A stretch of 32,000 bases of DNA from Longivirga aurantiaca. Lineage in GTDB: Bacteria; Actinomycetota; Actinomycetes; S36-B12; CAIYMF01. The stretch's first letter is position 1. Each line of letters begins with the position of its first letter. The DNA is taken from NCBI RefSeq assembly GCF_042660085.1, contig NZ_JBHSTI010000002.1, positions 1 through 32,000 on the forward strand, given 5' to 3'. Shown here piece by piece: positions 8,349 through 20,951 of the stretch. Under the pieces are notes generated by a model. It was not told the origin of the DNA, searched no databases, and saw only the letters and a program-made list of their open reading frames with translations. The position numbers and the translations under genes are program-made.

Positions 8349-9278
8349 TCAGGCGCGGGTGAGGCGCCCGAGCTCGGCGCCCTCGTAGTCGTAGAGCACG
8401 AGCGTGCCGTCGGACGTGAAGCCGGCGAGCCACGCGCCGCCGAGCCAGCGCGGCGCATCGATGTTGTTGCAGCCGACCAACGTCGAGTTGCCCGAGGTCG
8501 CGATGATGCGGCCCTCGGCGTCGGCGTTCCACCGGCCGCCTCCTCCGTTGCAGCCGTCGGTGCCTTTCCAGAGGCCATCCTCCGCGAGTGTGAAGCCGGG
8601 CGTCTCGCGGTCCAACGCGCCGCTGTCGGCCGGAGCCGTCGCGGGTGGCACGGCGACCCACGCGCCGACCAGCAGCTCTCGAGTTGCCGCGCGTGAGACT
8701 CCCGCGCCCATGCTGGGCGTCGCGTTCAAGGCGCGTCGCATCTCGTCGGTCAGCGAGGCCTGGTCGGGCACGCGTATGCCGGCGTACGCCTTGACCGTCG
8801 GGGGAGCGGCCGGCTCGAGCGTCGCGGACTCCGCCCCGCTCGGGTCTACGAGCCGGATCCCTGTGCCCTCCGGCTGCCACCCGGCCACCGCCTCGAGCCA
8901 GGCCGCGTCGGGCCGCGCGGGCGTGCCGCATTCCCCGGCCCAGCTGCCGAGCGCGGCTGCGAACATCCCCGACGTGCTCGCCCGCCAGGACAGCCCCACT
9001 GCCCCGCAGTCCTGCCACACGGTGACTTCGCCAGGCGAGATCGTCACCAGCAGGCCGGGCGGTGCGCCGTCGGCGCTGACGGACCAGGTTCCGACGAGCG
9101 ATGCGACGTCGAGGTCGCTCGGGCTCGGCGCCGCGCTCGCCGGAGCGCTGGAGGCCGAGCCCCCGGCGGTCCCGCTGCCATCAGCCCCGGGCGCCGTCTC
9201 GGTGCCGCACGACGTCGCGAGCAGCGCGATCGCGGCGAGCGTGCCTGCGAGCCGCAGCAGGCCGGATGCTGGAGCCAT
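8349..9278 (-). CDS. secreted lipoprotein with two META/HslJ-like repeats
   Basis: The signal peptide plus lipobox is MAPASGLLRLAGTLAAIALLATSCG. The C-terminal half has WKGTDGCNGGGGRW...STLVGC...LVLYD, typical of META domains. The N-terminal half has a similar Cys/Trp pattern. An alternative start is at 9305. Confidence 0.7.
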   Translation of the reverse strand: MAPASGLLRLAGTLAAIALLATSCGTETAPGADGSGTAGGSASSAPASAAPSPSDLDVASLVGTWSVSADGAPPGLLVTISPGEVTVWQDCGAVGLSWRASTSGMFAAALGSWAGECGTPARPDAAWLEAVAGWQPEGTGIRLVDPSGAESATLEPAAPPTVKAYAGIRVPDQASLTDEMRRALNATPSMGAGVSRAATRELLVGAWVAVPPATAPADSGALDRETPGFTLAEDGLWKGTDGCNGGGGRWNADAEGRIIATSGNSTLVGCNNIDAPRWLGGAWLAGFTSDGTLVLYDYEGAELGRLTRA

Positions 9279-9457
9279 CGCCGTCCCCCCTGTGTGTCGA
9301 AGCATCGACGGTACGCGCGGATGCGCACCAGACGCTTGGTCACGCGCGTGATCGCGACGATCCGTGCGAGCCCGGTCGACATGGGCCGCCCCACTCGTCG
9401 GAGTGATCCGCGGCCAATCCGCTCGACGCGCGCACCACGGCGTACGACGATCGAGGC

Positions 9458-9838
9458 ATGGCCTCCACCGTGCACTGCATGACCTTCGATGCGCGCGACA
9501 CCTACGAGCAGGCGAAGTTCTGGGCGGCGGTGCTCGACGTCCCGATGTCGCCCGACGACCAGCCGGGCGACCCGGAGGCGCTCGTGCGCAGCCCGCGCGG
9601 CGACATCCTGTTCGTGGCGACGCCGGACGCGAAGCACACGAAGAACCGCGCCCACCTCGACCTCGAGCCGAGCGACCGAACGCGCGACGCGGAGGTCGAG
9701 CGCATCGTCGCCCTCGGCGCCACGTTCTTCGAGGACCACCGCAACCCCGACGGCACCGGGTGGGTCACGCTGAAGGACCCCGAGGGCAACGAGTTCTGCG
9801 TGGTGCGCAGCGCCGCAGAGCGGGGGGCCGCGCACTAG
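9458..9838 (+). CDS. VOC (glyoxalase/bleomycin-resistance fold) family protein
   Basis: The 126-aa product contains FDARDTYEQAKFWAAVL...NRAHLDLEP...GWVTLKDPEGNEFCV, typical of the glyoxalase-like domain. Confidence 0.8.
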   Translation: MASTVHCMTFDARDTYEQAKFWAAVLDVPMSPDDQPGDPEALVRSPRGDILFVATPDAKHTKNRAHLDLEPSDRTRDAEVERIVALGATFFEDHRNPDGTGWVTLKDPEGNEFCVVRSAAERGAAH

Positions 9839-11085
9839 GCGGCCGCAGGCAGCTCCCGCTGGTCGGCCGGCGAGGCGAGCGTCGTCGGCGGTCTCGACGC
9901 CGCCCGAACGAGCCCCCGCCCCACGAGGAGCAGCGCGAGCGCGGTGACCAGGCCGCTGCCGACGACGACCGCGCGGACGTCGAGAACGGTCAGCAGCACG
10001 CCGCCGACGGCTGTCGCCACGAGCGCACCTGCACCGACCACGGCCTGCAGCACCGAGACGACGCGTCCGAGCACCTCGCGCGGCGCGCGCCGGACGAGCA
10101 GCGTCTGCCCGAGCACGTTGAGCAACCCGTTGCCGACGCCGACGAGGCACGACGCCGCAGCCGCCACGGCAACCGATGGCGCAAGCCCGAGAACCACCGC
10201 GGCACAAGCCATCAGGAGTGTGCCACCCACCAGCGCCAAGGCAGCGCCGCGGTCGCCGCGCACCCGCCGGGCCGCCCAGGACCCCGCCACGAGGCCGACG
10301 GCGAACACGGTCGCGACCACGCCGTACTCCGTCGGCCCTGCGCCGAGGGTCTGCGTGACGAGGAAGACCTCGGCGACGTTCAGCGCCCCGAGCGCGATGA
10401 CGACCGTCGCCACGACGACGACGTACCCGCGGATGACGGGGTCCGCGCCGACCACGCGCAGGCCCGCGGTGAGCGCGCCGCGCTCACGCCTGCCGCCACT
10501 GTGCGACGCCGATCGCGCGGGCGTCCGCGACACCAGCAGGGCTGCTGCGGCGATGACGACGAAGGTCGCGGCGTCGAGCGCGATCGCCCAACGCGCGCCG
10601 GCACCGGCGACGAGCGCACCGCCGAGGAGCGGCCCGACGAGGGCGGCCGCCGCCGTCGTGCTCTGGACGGTCGAGAGCGCCGCGGTGAGCCGATCCGCCG
10701 GCACGAGGGAGGGCACCCAGGTCTGCCAGGCGGGCCCGAGGAAGGACTGGCCCGCGGCGCGGAGCAGCACGAGGACGACGACGAGCAGGGGGCTGCCCAG
10801 AGGCAGCGCCACGGCGATGCCCAGGCACACCACGGCCTGCAGCAGGGCGGTGACCACCACGATGCCGCGCACCGACAGCCGGTCGGCGGCGAGGCCGGAC
10901 ACCGGCGCGAGCAGCAGCTGAGGCACAGCGGCGGCCAGCACGAGCGCCGCCACGAGGGCCGGCCCGTGCCCGGCCTGGCTCGCCCACAGCAGCAGGGCGA
11001 CGAGCGCCACCTCGTCGCCGACGACGGAGATGCCGCGCCCCGCGGCGACGACCGGGAGGTCTCGGGAGGAGGATCTGAAAGACAT
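9835..11085 (-). CDS. MFS transporter (EntS/MFS_3-like exporter)
   Basis: The 416-aa product is polytopic and hydrophobic, with N-terminal RGISVVGDEVALVALLLW...LLLAPVSGLAADRL. It lies divergent to an ArsR-type regulator. Confidence 0.85.
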   Translation of the reverse strand: MSFRSSSRDLPVVAAGRGISVVGDEVALVALLLWASQAGHGPALVAALVLAAAVPQLLLAPVSGLAADRLSVRGIVVVTALLQAVVCLGIAVALPLGSPLLVVVLVLLRAAGQSFLGPAWQTWVPSLVPADRLTAALSTVQSTTAAAALVGPLLGGALVAGAGARWAIALDAATFVVIAAAALLVSRTPARSASHSGGRRERGALTAGLRVVGADPVIRGYVVVVATVVIALGALNVAEVFLVTQTLGAGPTEYGVVATVFAVGLVAGSWAARRVRGDRGAALALVGGTLLMACAAVVLGLAPSVAVAAAASCLVGVGNGLLNVLGQTLLVRRAPREVLGRVVSVLQAVVGAGALVATAVGGVLLTVLDVRAVVVGSGLVTALALLLVGRGLVRAASRPPTTLASPADQRELPAAA

Positions 11086-11158
11086 GCTTCGAAACTATCC
11101 TTTCACATCTACCGCGTGTCAAGACCCGACGACCCCGGCCTGTCGGTACCGTCGGGGC

Positions 11159-11752
11159 GTGGCCCGCAGACCTGCTCCGCCGAAGGGCGACGTCGTCCTC
11201 ACCGACGCCTCGGCCGTCCGCGCCCTCGCCCACCCGGCGAGGCTCGCCGTCATCGACGCGCTGTACGCCGGCGAGGTGCTCACGGCCACGCAGTGCGCCG
11301 CGCTGGCCGGGATCACGCCCAGCGCCATGAGCTATCACCTGCGGGCCCTGGAGAAGCACGGGATCGTGGTCCGCGCGGAAGCCTCCGCCGACGGCCGCGA
11401 GCGCCCCTGGATGCGGGCCGGCGACCGGCTCAGCACCGCGCTGCGCGAGCAGGGGAGGACCGGCCGCGGTGCGGCCGCAGCCTCCGGCCTCCTCGTCGAG
11501 CAGTCGATGGCTCTCGACTCCGACCGGCTCCGGCGCGCGATGGCGTCGGACGGCGACGACGACACCTGGGCGCGGACGACGACGTACAGCCGCGACCTGC
11601 TCGTGCTCACCCCCGAGGAGGCGCGCGCGCTGCGCGAGTCGATTGAGGCGGTCGTCGAGCCGTACCTCGCGGACCGCCGCCGCACCAAGCGGCCCAAGGG
11701 TGCGTCCACGTTCGGCTTCTCGATCGTGCTCGCCCGCGACCCCGACGCCTGA
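11159..11752 (+). CDS. ArsR-type winged-helix transcriptional regulator
   Basis: The HTH region is VRALAHPARLAVIDALYAGEVLTATQCAALAGITPSAMSYHLRALEKHGIV. The GTG 11159 start was chosen to leave a divergent promoter region. The in-frame ATG 11084 would overlap the MFS start codon. Confidence 0.75.
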   Translation: MARRPAPPKGDVVLTDASAVRALAHPARLAVIDALYAGEVLTATQCAALAGITPSAMSYHLRALEKHGIVVRAEASADGRERPWMRAGDRLSTALREQGRTGRGAAAASGLLVEQSMALDSDRLRRAMASDGDDDTWARTTTYSRDLLVLTPEEARALRESIEAVVEPYLADRRRTKRPKGASTFGFSIVLARDPDA

Positions 11753-11900
11753 CGCCGCACGTCCGACACCCACTCCTGCACCCCTTGGGTCGATCTAGGC
11801 AGTTCACCTGCACGCTCTGACCCGTACTCGTGATCTTGGACGTCGCTGATCGCGTGTCGGGCGTCGTCGGCGGCGGTCGGAGGCTGCCTATGCTGACGAG

Positions 11901-14111
11901 GTGACCGGCACCCACACCGCACCCGCGGAGCAGCGGAGCCGGTCGATGCGCTTCCGGCCCGACGTCGAGGGCCTGCGCGCCATCGCGATCCTCGCGGTCG
12001 TCGGCTACCACGCCGGGCTGCCGTTCCTGCCCGGCGGCTTCGTCGGCGTCGATGTCTTCTTCGTGATCTCCGGCTTCCTCATCACCGGGCTGCTCGTCAG
12101 CGAGGTCGCCCGCACGGGGCATGTGTCGCTCGCGCGCTTCTGGGCCCGCCGCGCACGGCGCCTCCTCCCAGCCGCGACCCTGGTGCTCGCGCTGACGGCA
12201 GCCGTGTCGTTCCTCGTCATCCCCGTGGTCGACCACGAGGTCGTGGGCCTCGACATCGTCGCTGCCGCGTTCTACGTGTCCAACATCCGTTTCGCGGCCC
12301 AGGCCACGAACTACCTCACCGAGGACGCGACGCCGTCGCCCGTGCTGCACTTCTGGTCGCTCGGCGTCGAGGAGCAGTTCTACGTCGTCTGGCCGCTGCT
12401 GATCCTCGCGCTGGTGTGGCTGCTCGTACGCCGTCGTCGCGCTGCCGCGTCGTCCGTCTCCCCGGCCGCTCTGGCGATCGCGCTCACCGCGCTCGGCGTC
12501 GTGTCGTTCGCGCTCTCGCTCTGGCTGACCTCGCGCGTGCAGCCGTGGGCGTTCTTCGGGATGCCCACGCGCGCATGGGAGTTCGCGATCGGTGGGCTGC
12601 TCGCGATCGGTGGCGTGGGCCTCGCGCGGCTGCCGCTCGCACTGCGCGCTGGCGCCGGCTGGATCGGCGCCCTGCTGCTGATCGGGTCGATCGTGCTGAT
12701 CGACGGCAGCCTCCAGTTCCCCGGATGGGCCGCGGTGCCCCCGGTCGTCGGCACGGCCCTGGTGATCCTCGCGGGCACCAGGAGCGACGACGTCGTCCCC
12801 GCGCACGGCGTCCCCGCGCTGCTCAGCACGTGGCCGATGCGCGCACTGGGGCGTCTGTCGTACTCCTGGTACCTCTGGCACTGGCCGGTGCTGATCCTCA
12901 CCGCGGCCGCGCTGGGCGAGCTGTCGGTGCCGGTGAAGCTGGCGCTGGTGCTGCTCGCGCTGATCCCAGCGGCCGTGGCCTACCGCTTCGTCGAGGAGCC
13001 CGTGCGGCACAACCCGCGGCTCGTCGCGGTGCCGGCACGTGCGCTGCGCCTCGGCGCGGTGCTCTCGGTGGGCGCGGCGGTGTGCGGCCTCCTGCTCGGG
13101 TGGCTGCCGGGTGGGGGATCACTCGCGACCCTCGCGGTCGCGGCCCCCGTCGAGGGTGAGCGCGGGCCGGCGCCGGCCGCGACACCCACCGCTCCTGCGT
13201 CCCCGTCGCCGTCCGCCGAGCCGTCGACGTCGCCCTCGGGGAAGCCGTCGAAGACTCCGAAGCCCAGCGCGTCGGCGACCGTGATCGACTGGCCTGCAGG
13301 CGATCTCACGCCTGACCCCACTGCCGCCCGCAACGACCTGCCGAAGATCTACGGCAACGGCTGCCACCTCGAGCGGGGCAGCACCGCGCCCGCAGACGGT
13401 TGCGCCTTCGGCGACACCGGCTCGGCGACCACCGTGGTGCTGATCGGCGACAGCCACGCGGCGTCCTGGTTCCCGGCGCTCGAGACGCTCGCCACGAAGA
13501 ACGGGTGGCGGCTGCTGTCGTGGACGAAGTCGGGCTGCCCCGCGCCCGACGTCACGATCTTCCAGCGCAAGCTCTCCCGCCCGTACGACGAGTGCGACAC
13601 CTGGCGCAGGACGGTGCTCGACCGCCTCACGTCGTCCGACAAGCCGGCGCTCGTGGTCGCCGCGGGCACGCGCACGGAGTCGCTCGTCGACCGGTCGAAC
13701 GGGTCGCGCCTCGAGGGCACGGGGCGCGCGGGGGCGGAGTGGCAGGCCGGCTGGGGCCGCACGCTGTCCGAGCTGACGAAGGCCGGCGTGCCCGTGGCCG
13801 TCATGCGCGACACCCCGTGGCCCGGCAAGGACATGGCCGTATGCGTGGGGCAGAACCGCGGCAACCCGTCCGCGTGCGACGTCACGCGCGACGCGCTCGA
13901 CGGCACGAAGTACGACGTCGGGATGGCCGCGAAGTACGACGGCGCGACCGGCGTCGACCTGTCGGACGTGATCTGCGACGTCGATCGCTGCCCGGCCACC
14001 CACGGCAAGTACCTCGTCTACCGCGACACCGACCACCTCACCGCGACCTTCAGCACCGCGCTCGCGCCGTACCTCAACGCGAAGCTCAAGCCCCTCCTGG
14101 CCGCCCGCTGA
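11901..14111 (+). CDS. acyltransferase-3 family membrane protein with C-terminal SGNH domain (OatA-like O-acyltransferase)
   Basis: The N-terminus is RFRPDVEGLRAIAILAVVGYHAG...GVDVFFVISGFLIT, followed by about 10 TM segments. A Pro/Ser/Thr-rich linker then leads to an SGNH-like domain (VVLIGDSHAASWFPALE ... YRDTDHLT). An alternative start is ATG 11946. Confidence 0.9.
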   Translation: MTGTHTAPAEQRSRSMRFRPDVEGLRAIAILAVVGYHAGLPFLPGGFVGVDVFFVISGFLITGLLVSEVARTGHVSLARFWARRARRLLPAATLVLALTAAVSFLVIPVVDHEVVGLDIVAAAFYVSNIRFAAQATNYLTEDATPSPVLHFWSLGVEEQFYVVWPLLILALVWLLVRRRRAAASSVSPAALAIALTALGVVSFALSLWLTSRVQPWAFFGMPTRAWEFAIGGLLAIGGVGLARLPLALRAGAGWIGALLLIGSIVLIDGSLQFPGWAAVPPVVGTALVILAGTRSDDVVPAHGVPALLSTWPMRALGRLSYSWYLWHWPVLILTAAALGELSVPVKLALVLLALIPAAVAYRFVEEPVRHNPRLVAVPARALRLGAVLSVGAAVCGLLLGWLPGGGSLATLAVAAPVEGERGPAPAATPTAPASPSPSAEPSTSPSGKPSKTPKPSASATVIDWPAGDLTPDPTAARNDLPKIYGNGCHLERGSTAPADGCAFGDTGSATTVVLIGDSHAASWFPALETLATKNGWRLLSWTKSGCPAPDVTIFQRKLSRPYDECDTWRRTVLDRLTSSDKPALVVAAGTRTESLVDRSNGSRLEGTGRAGAEWQAGWGRTLSELTKAGVPVAVMRDTPWPGKDMAVCVGQNRGNPSACDVTRDALDGTKYDVGMAAKYDGATGVDLSDVICDVDRCPATHGKYLVYRDTDHLTATFSTALAPYLNAKLKPLLAAR

Positions 14112-14151
14112 CCGCACTTTCGTGCCCCTCAGGGCCCAGAGGTGCGGTGGT

Positions 14152-16425
<2,274 letters not shown>

Positions 16426-16640
16426 GAGGGATGTTACCGGCCAGTAACCTACCCGACCGGCGGCGTAGGTGCCCACGCTACCGACGCCGTGTACCGAGCG
16501 CTGCGGGTGGCGTTCCGCCGCACGCCGCGTCCGCGAGCGCCGGCAGCCGCGGCCAACCCGCGCGCACGTGACCCAGGTCACGCCCGGACGCCGCGCCCCG
16601 CGGGAAGCATCGGCGCAATGGCTGTCGTTATGTCATCTGA

Positions 16641-16661
16641 CATGAGTCGAACAGACTCAAG
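16641..16661. promoter_or_regulatory. HAIR (HspR-associated inverted repeat) operator upstream of dnaK
   Basis: CATGAGT-CGAACAG-ACTCAAG matches the published consensus CTTGAGT-N7-ACTCAAG with one mismatch. It lies about 150 bp upstream of the dnaK ATG, and hspR is encoded in the same cluster. Confidence 0.75.
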
Positions 16662-16677
16662 TTATCTGACTTTCAGA

Positions 16678-16706
16678 TTGACACCGAATGTGAGGCCGGG
16701 CAGTCT
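16678..16706 (+). promoter_or_regulatory. candidate sigma-70-type promoter of the dnaK operon (TTGACA-17 nt-CAGTCT)
   Basis: A perfect -35 hexamer TTGACA lies at 16678-16683, and a weak -10-like CAGTCT lies 17 nt downstream. This is a pattern match only. Confidence 0.3.
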
Positions 16707-16808
16707 CGACCTCAGTCGGCACCCGCGACACCCGCCGCGGGCGCCCACCAGCACCGATCGGACGTCCGCTCCAGGGGACGCCCGGACCCGACACGAAAGG
16801 CACGTCCC

Positions 16809-18655
<1,847 letters not shown>

Positions 18656-18659
<4 letters not shown>

Positions 18660-19231
18660 CCGAGCAGAACGACGGCGGCTTCTCCTTCCAGGACAAGCGC
18701 CGCATCGATCCCGAGACGGGTGAGGTCCGGGAGCAGGCAGCTGCTCCCGGGCCCGCCCCGGACGAGTTCGAGCAGATCGTCGAGGGCCTGGTCGTCGACG
18801 GCGCCGGCACCGAGACCGACGCCCAGGTGGCCGAGCTCACCGCCGACCTCCAGCGCGTGCACGCCGAGTACGCCAACTACCGGCGTCGCGTCGAGCGCGA
18901 CCGCGAGACGGTGAAGGACCTCGCCGTCGGGGCGGCCGTCGCCGAGCTCCTGCCGGTGCTCGACGACATCGGCCGGGCGCGCGAGCACGGCGACCTCGAG
19001 GGCGCGTTCAAGAGCGTGGCCGAGGCGCTCGTGGCCACGGTCGCGCGGATGGGCCTCGAGACGTACGGCGTCGCGGGCGACCCGTTCGACCCGACGCTGC
19101 ACGAGGCGATCAGCCACACCCACAGCGCCGAGGTGCAGGGCCCCACCTGCATCCAGGTGTTCCAGCCCGGCTACCGCTACGCAGGCAAGGTCCTCCGCGC
19201 CGCCATCGTCGCCGTCGCCGACCCCGAGTAG
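18656..19231 (+). CDS. grpE: nucleotide exchange factor GrpE
   Basis: It lies between dnaK and dnaJ, and its GTG start overlaps the dnaK stop (GTGA). The GrpE-like motifs are [20 protein letters not shown] and FDPTLHEAI. Confidence 0.95.
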
Positions 19232-19272
19232 CACCACGCCCCACGGCGCCAGACACCAGAGAGGAGGACGCC

Positions 19273-20475
19273 GTGAGCCAGAAGGACTGGATCGAGAAGG
19301 ACTTCTACAAGGTCCTCGGCGTCCCCAAGGACGCGTCGCAGGACGACATCAAGAAGGCGTTCCGCAAGCTCGCGAAGAAGAACCATCCCGACTCGAACGA
19401 GAACGACCCGAAGGCCGAGGCCCGCTTCAAGGAGGCCTCGGAGGCGTACGACGTGCTCTCCAGCGAGACCAAGCGCAAGGAGTACGACGAGGCACGCTCG
19501 CTGTTCGGCAGCGGCGGCTTCCGCATGCCGCAGGGCGGTTTCAACCCCAATGCGGGCGGTCAGGGCGGCGGAGTGCCGTTCGACCTGTCCGACCTCCTCG
19601 GCCGCGTCAACACCGGCGGCCAGGGTGGCGCGGGCAGCGGGGGCTTCGGCGACGTCCTCGGCGGCCTGTTCAACCGGGGCGGCGGCGCGCGCACGCGCGC
19701 ACGCCGCGGCGCCGACATCGAGAGCACCGTCACGCTGTCCTTCGACGAGGCGCTCGAGGGCGTCACCCTCCCGCTGCGGCTCACCTCGGATGCGCCGTGC
19801 GGCGTCTGCTCGGGCACCGGCGCGCGCAACGGCACGACGCCGCGCATGTGCCCGACCTGCCAGGGCGCGGGCCAGGTCAACCGCAACGCCGGTGGCTTCG
19901 CGTTCCCCGAGCCGTGCCGCGCCTGCCGCGGCCGCGGGCTCGTCGTCGACGACCCGTGCCCGAACTGCCAGGGCAGCGGCCATGCGCCCAGCACCCGCAC
20001 GGTGCAGGCGCGCATCCCGGCCGGGGTGAAGAGCGGCCAGAAGATCAAGCTGCGCGGAAAGGGCGCGGCCGGCGAGGGCGGCGGCGAGGCCGGCGACCTG
20101 CTGGTCGTCGTGAAGGTGTCGCCGCACCCCGTGTTCGGCCGCGACGGCGACAACCTCACGGTCAGCGTGCCCGTCACGTTCGCCGAGGCGGCGCTCGGCG
20201 CCGACATCGACGTCCCCACCCCGGGGGGAGGCTCGGTCAAGGTTCGCCTGTCCGAGGGGACGCAGTCGGGTCGCATGCTGCGCGTGCGCGGCAAGGGCGT
20301 CACCCGCAGGGACGGCACGAAGGGCGACCTCGTCGTCACCGTCGACGTCGCCGTTCCTTCCCGGCTCTCGCACGACGCCAAGGAGGCCCTCAAGGCGTAC
20401 GCCGCCTCCACGGCCGAGCACGACCCGCGGGCCGATCTGCTCTCGCGGGCCCGGAAGGCCGACGGTGCGTCATGA
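19273..20475 (+). CDS. dnaJ: molecular chaperone DnaJ (Hsp40, type I)
   Basis: The J domain is [33 protein letters not shown]-rich linker and four CxxCxGxG zinc motifs follow ([32 protein letters not shown]). Confidence 0.97.
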   Translation: MSQKDWIEKDFYKVLGVPKDASQDDIKKAFRKLAKKNHPDSNENDPKAEARFKEASEAYDVLSSETKRKEYDEARSLFGSGGFRMPQGGFNPNAGGQGGGVPFDLSDLLGRVNTGGQGGAGSGGFGDVLGGLFNRGGGARTRARRGADIESTVTLSFDEALEGVTLPLRLTSDAPCGVCSGTGARNGTTPRMCPTCQGAGQVNRNAGGFAFPEPCRACRGRGLVVDDPCPNCQGSGHAPSTRTVQARIPAGVKSGQKIKLRGKGAAGEGGGEAGDLLVVVKVSPHPVFGRDGDNLTVSVPVTFAEAALGADIDVPTPGGGSVKVRLSEGTQSGRMLRVRGKGVTRRDGTKGDLVVTVDVAVPSRLSHDAKEALKAYAASTAEHDPRADLLSRARKADGAS

Positions 20476-20876
20476 GCGACAACCGTCTCCGGCCCGACGA
20501 GTACACGCCCGTCTACGTGATCTCGGTGGCGGCGCAGATCGCGGGCATGCACCCGCAGACGCTGCGCCAGTACGACCGGCTCGGGCTCGTCTCGCCCGAC
20601 CGCACCGGCGGCCGCAACCGGCTCTACTCGCTGCACGACATCGCGCGCCTGCGTGAGGTCGCGCGGCTCACCGGCGAGGGCGTCAACCTCGCGGGCATCG
20701 CCCGCATCCTGCAGCTCGAGTCCGAGAACGAGCGTCTGCGCTCGGAGGTCGGGCTGCTCCGCGCCGAGGTCCAGCGCCTGCGACCCACCCTCGGCTCACG
20801 TACCGCGTCCGGCGCCGGCGAGCCCGGCACCGCCCTGGTCGTCTGGCGCCCCCGCCCCGCCGACCGCGCCCGCTGA
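20472..20876 (+). CDS. hspR: heat-shock repressor HspR (MerR family)
   Basis: The ATG overlaps the dnaJ stop (ATGA). The MerR-type HTH is [47 protein letters not shown]. The position is the canonical one after dnaJ. Confidence 0.93.
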   Translation: MSDNRLRPDEYTPVYVISVAAQIAGMHPQTLRQYDRLGLVSPDRTGGRNRLYSLHDIARLREVARLTGEGVNLAGIARILQLESENERLRSEVGLLRAEVQRLRPTLGSRTASGAGEPGTALVVWRPRPADRAR

Positions 20877-20951
20877 CGCAGCGGACCAGCACGCAGCCCG
20901 ATCCCAGAGCACCGGCCGACGCCGGCCAGCACCACCGGAGGTGAACCCCTC

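Noticed and set aside
9835-9838. Convergent VOC and MFS genes sharing a palindromic CTAG at their stop codons
   Set aside because: This is a real overlap. However, it is a common, trivial consequence of tight packing of convergent genes and implies no function.
9364-11646. 760-aa plus-strand ORF, and a 429-aa minus-strand ORF at 10484-11773
   Set aside because: They overlap the MFS and ArsR-type genes in wrong frames. The Arg/Asp/Glu-rich sequence has no motifs, typical of GC-driven open frames.
16426-16581. N-terminal 52-codon extension of the Fe-S oxidoreductase ORF
   Set aside because: The translation (MTWVTCARVGRGCRRSRTRRAAERH...) is Arg-rich and not protein-like. The hydrophobic membrane domain begins just after GTG 16425/16419.
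20877-20951. Looked for a second HAIR or a terminator between hspR and clpB
   Set aside because: No CTTGAGT/ACTCAAG half-sites and no stable stem are visible, so I report it only as an operon prediction.
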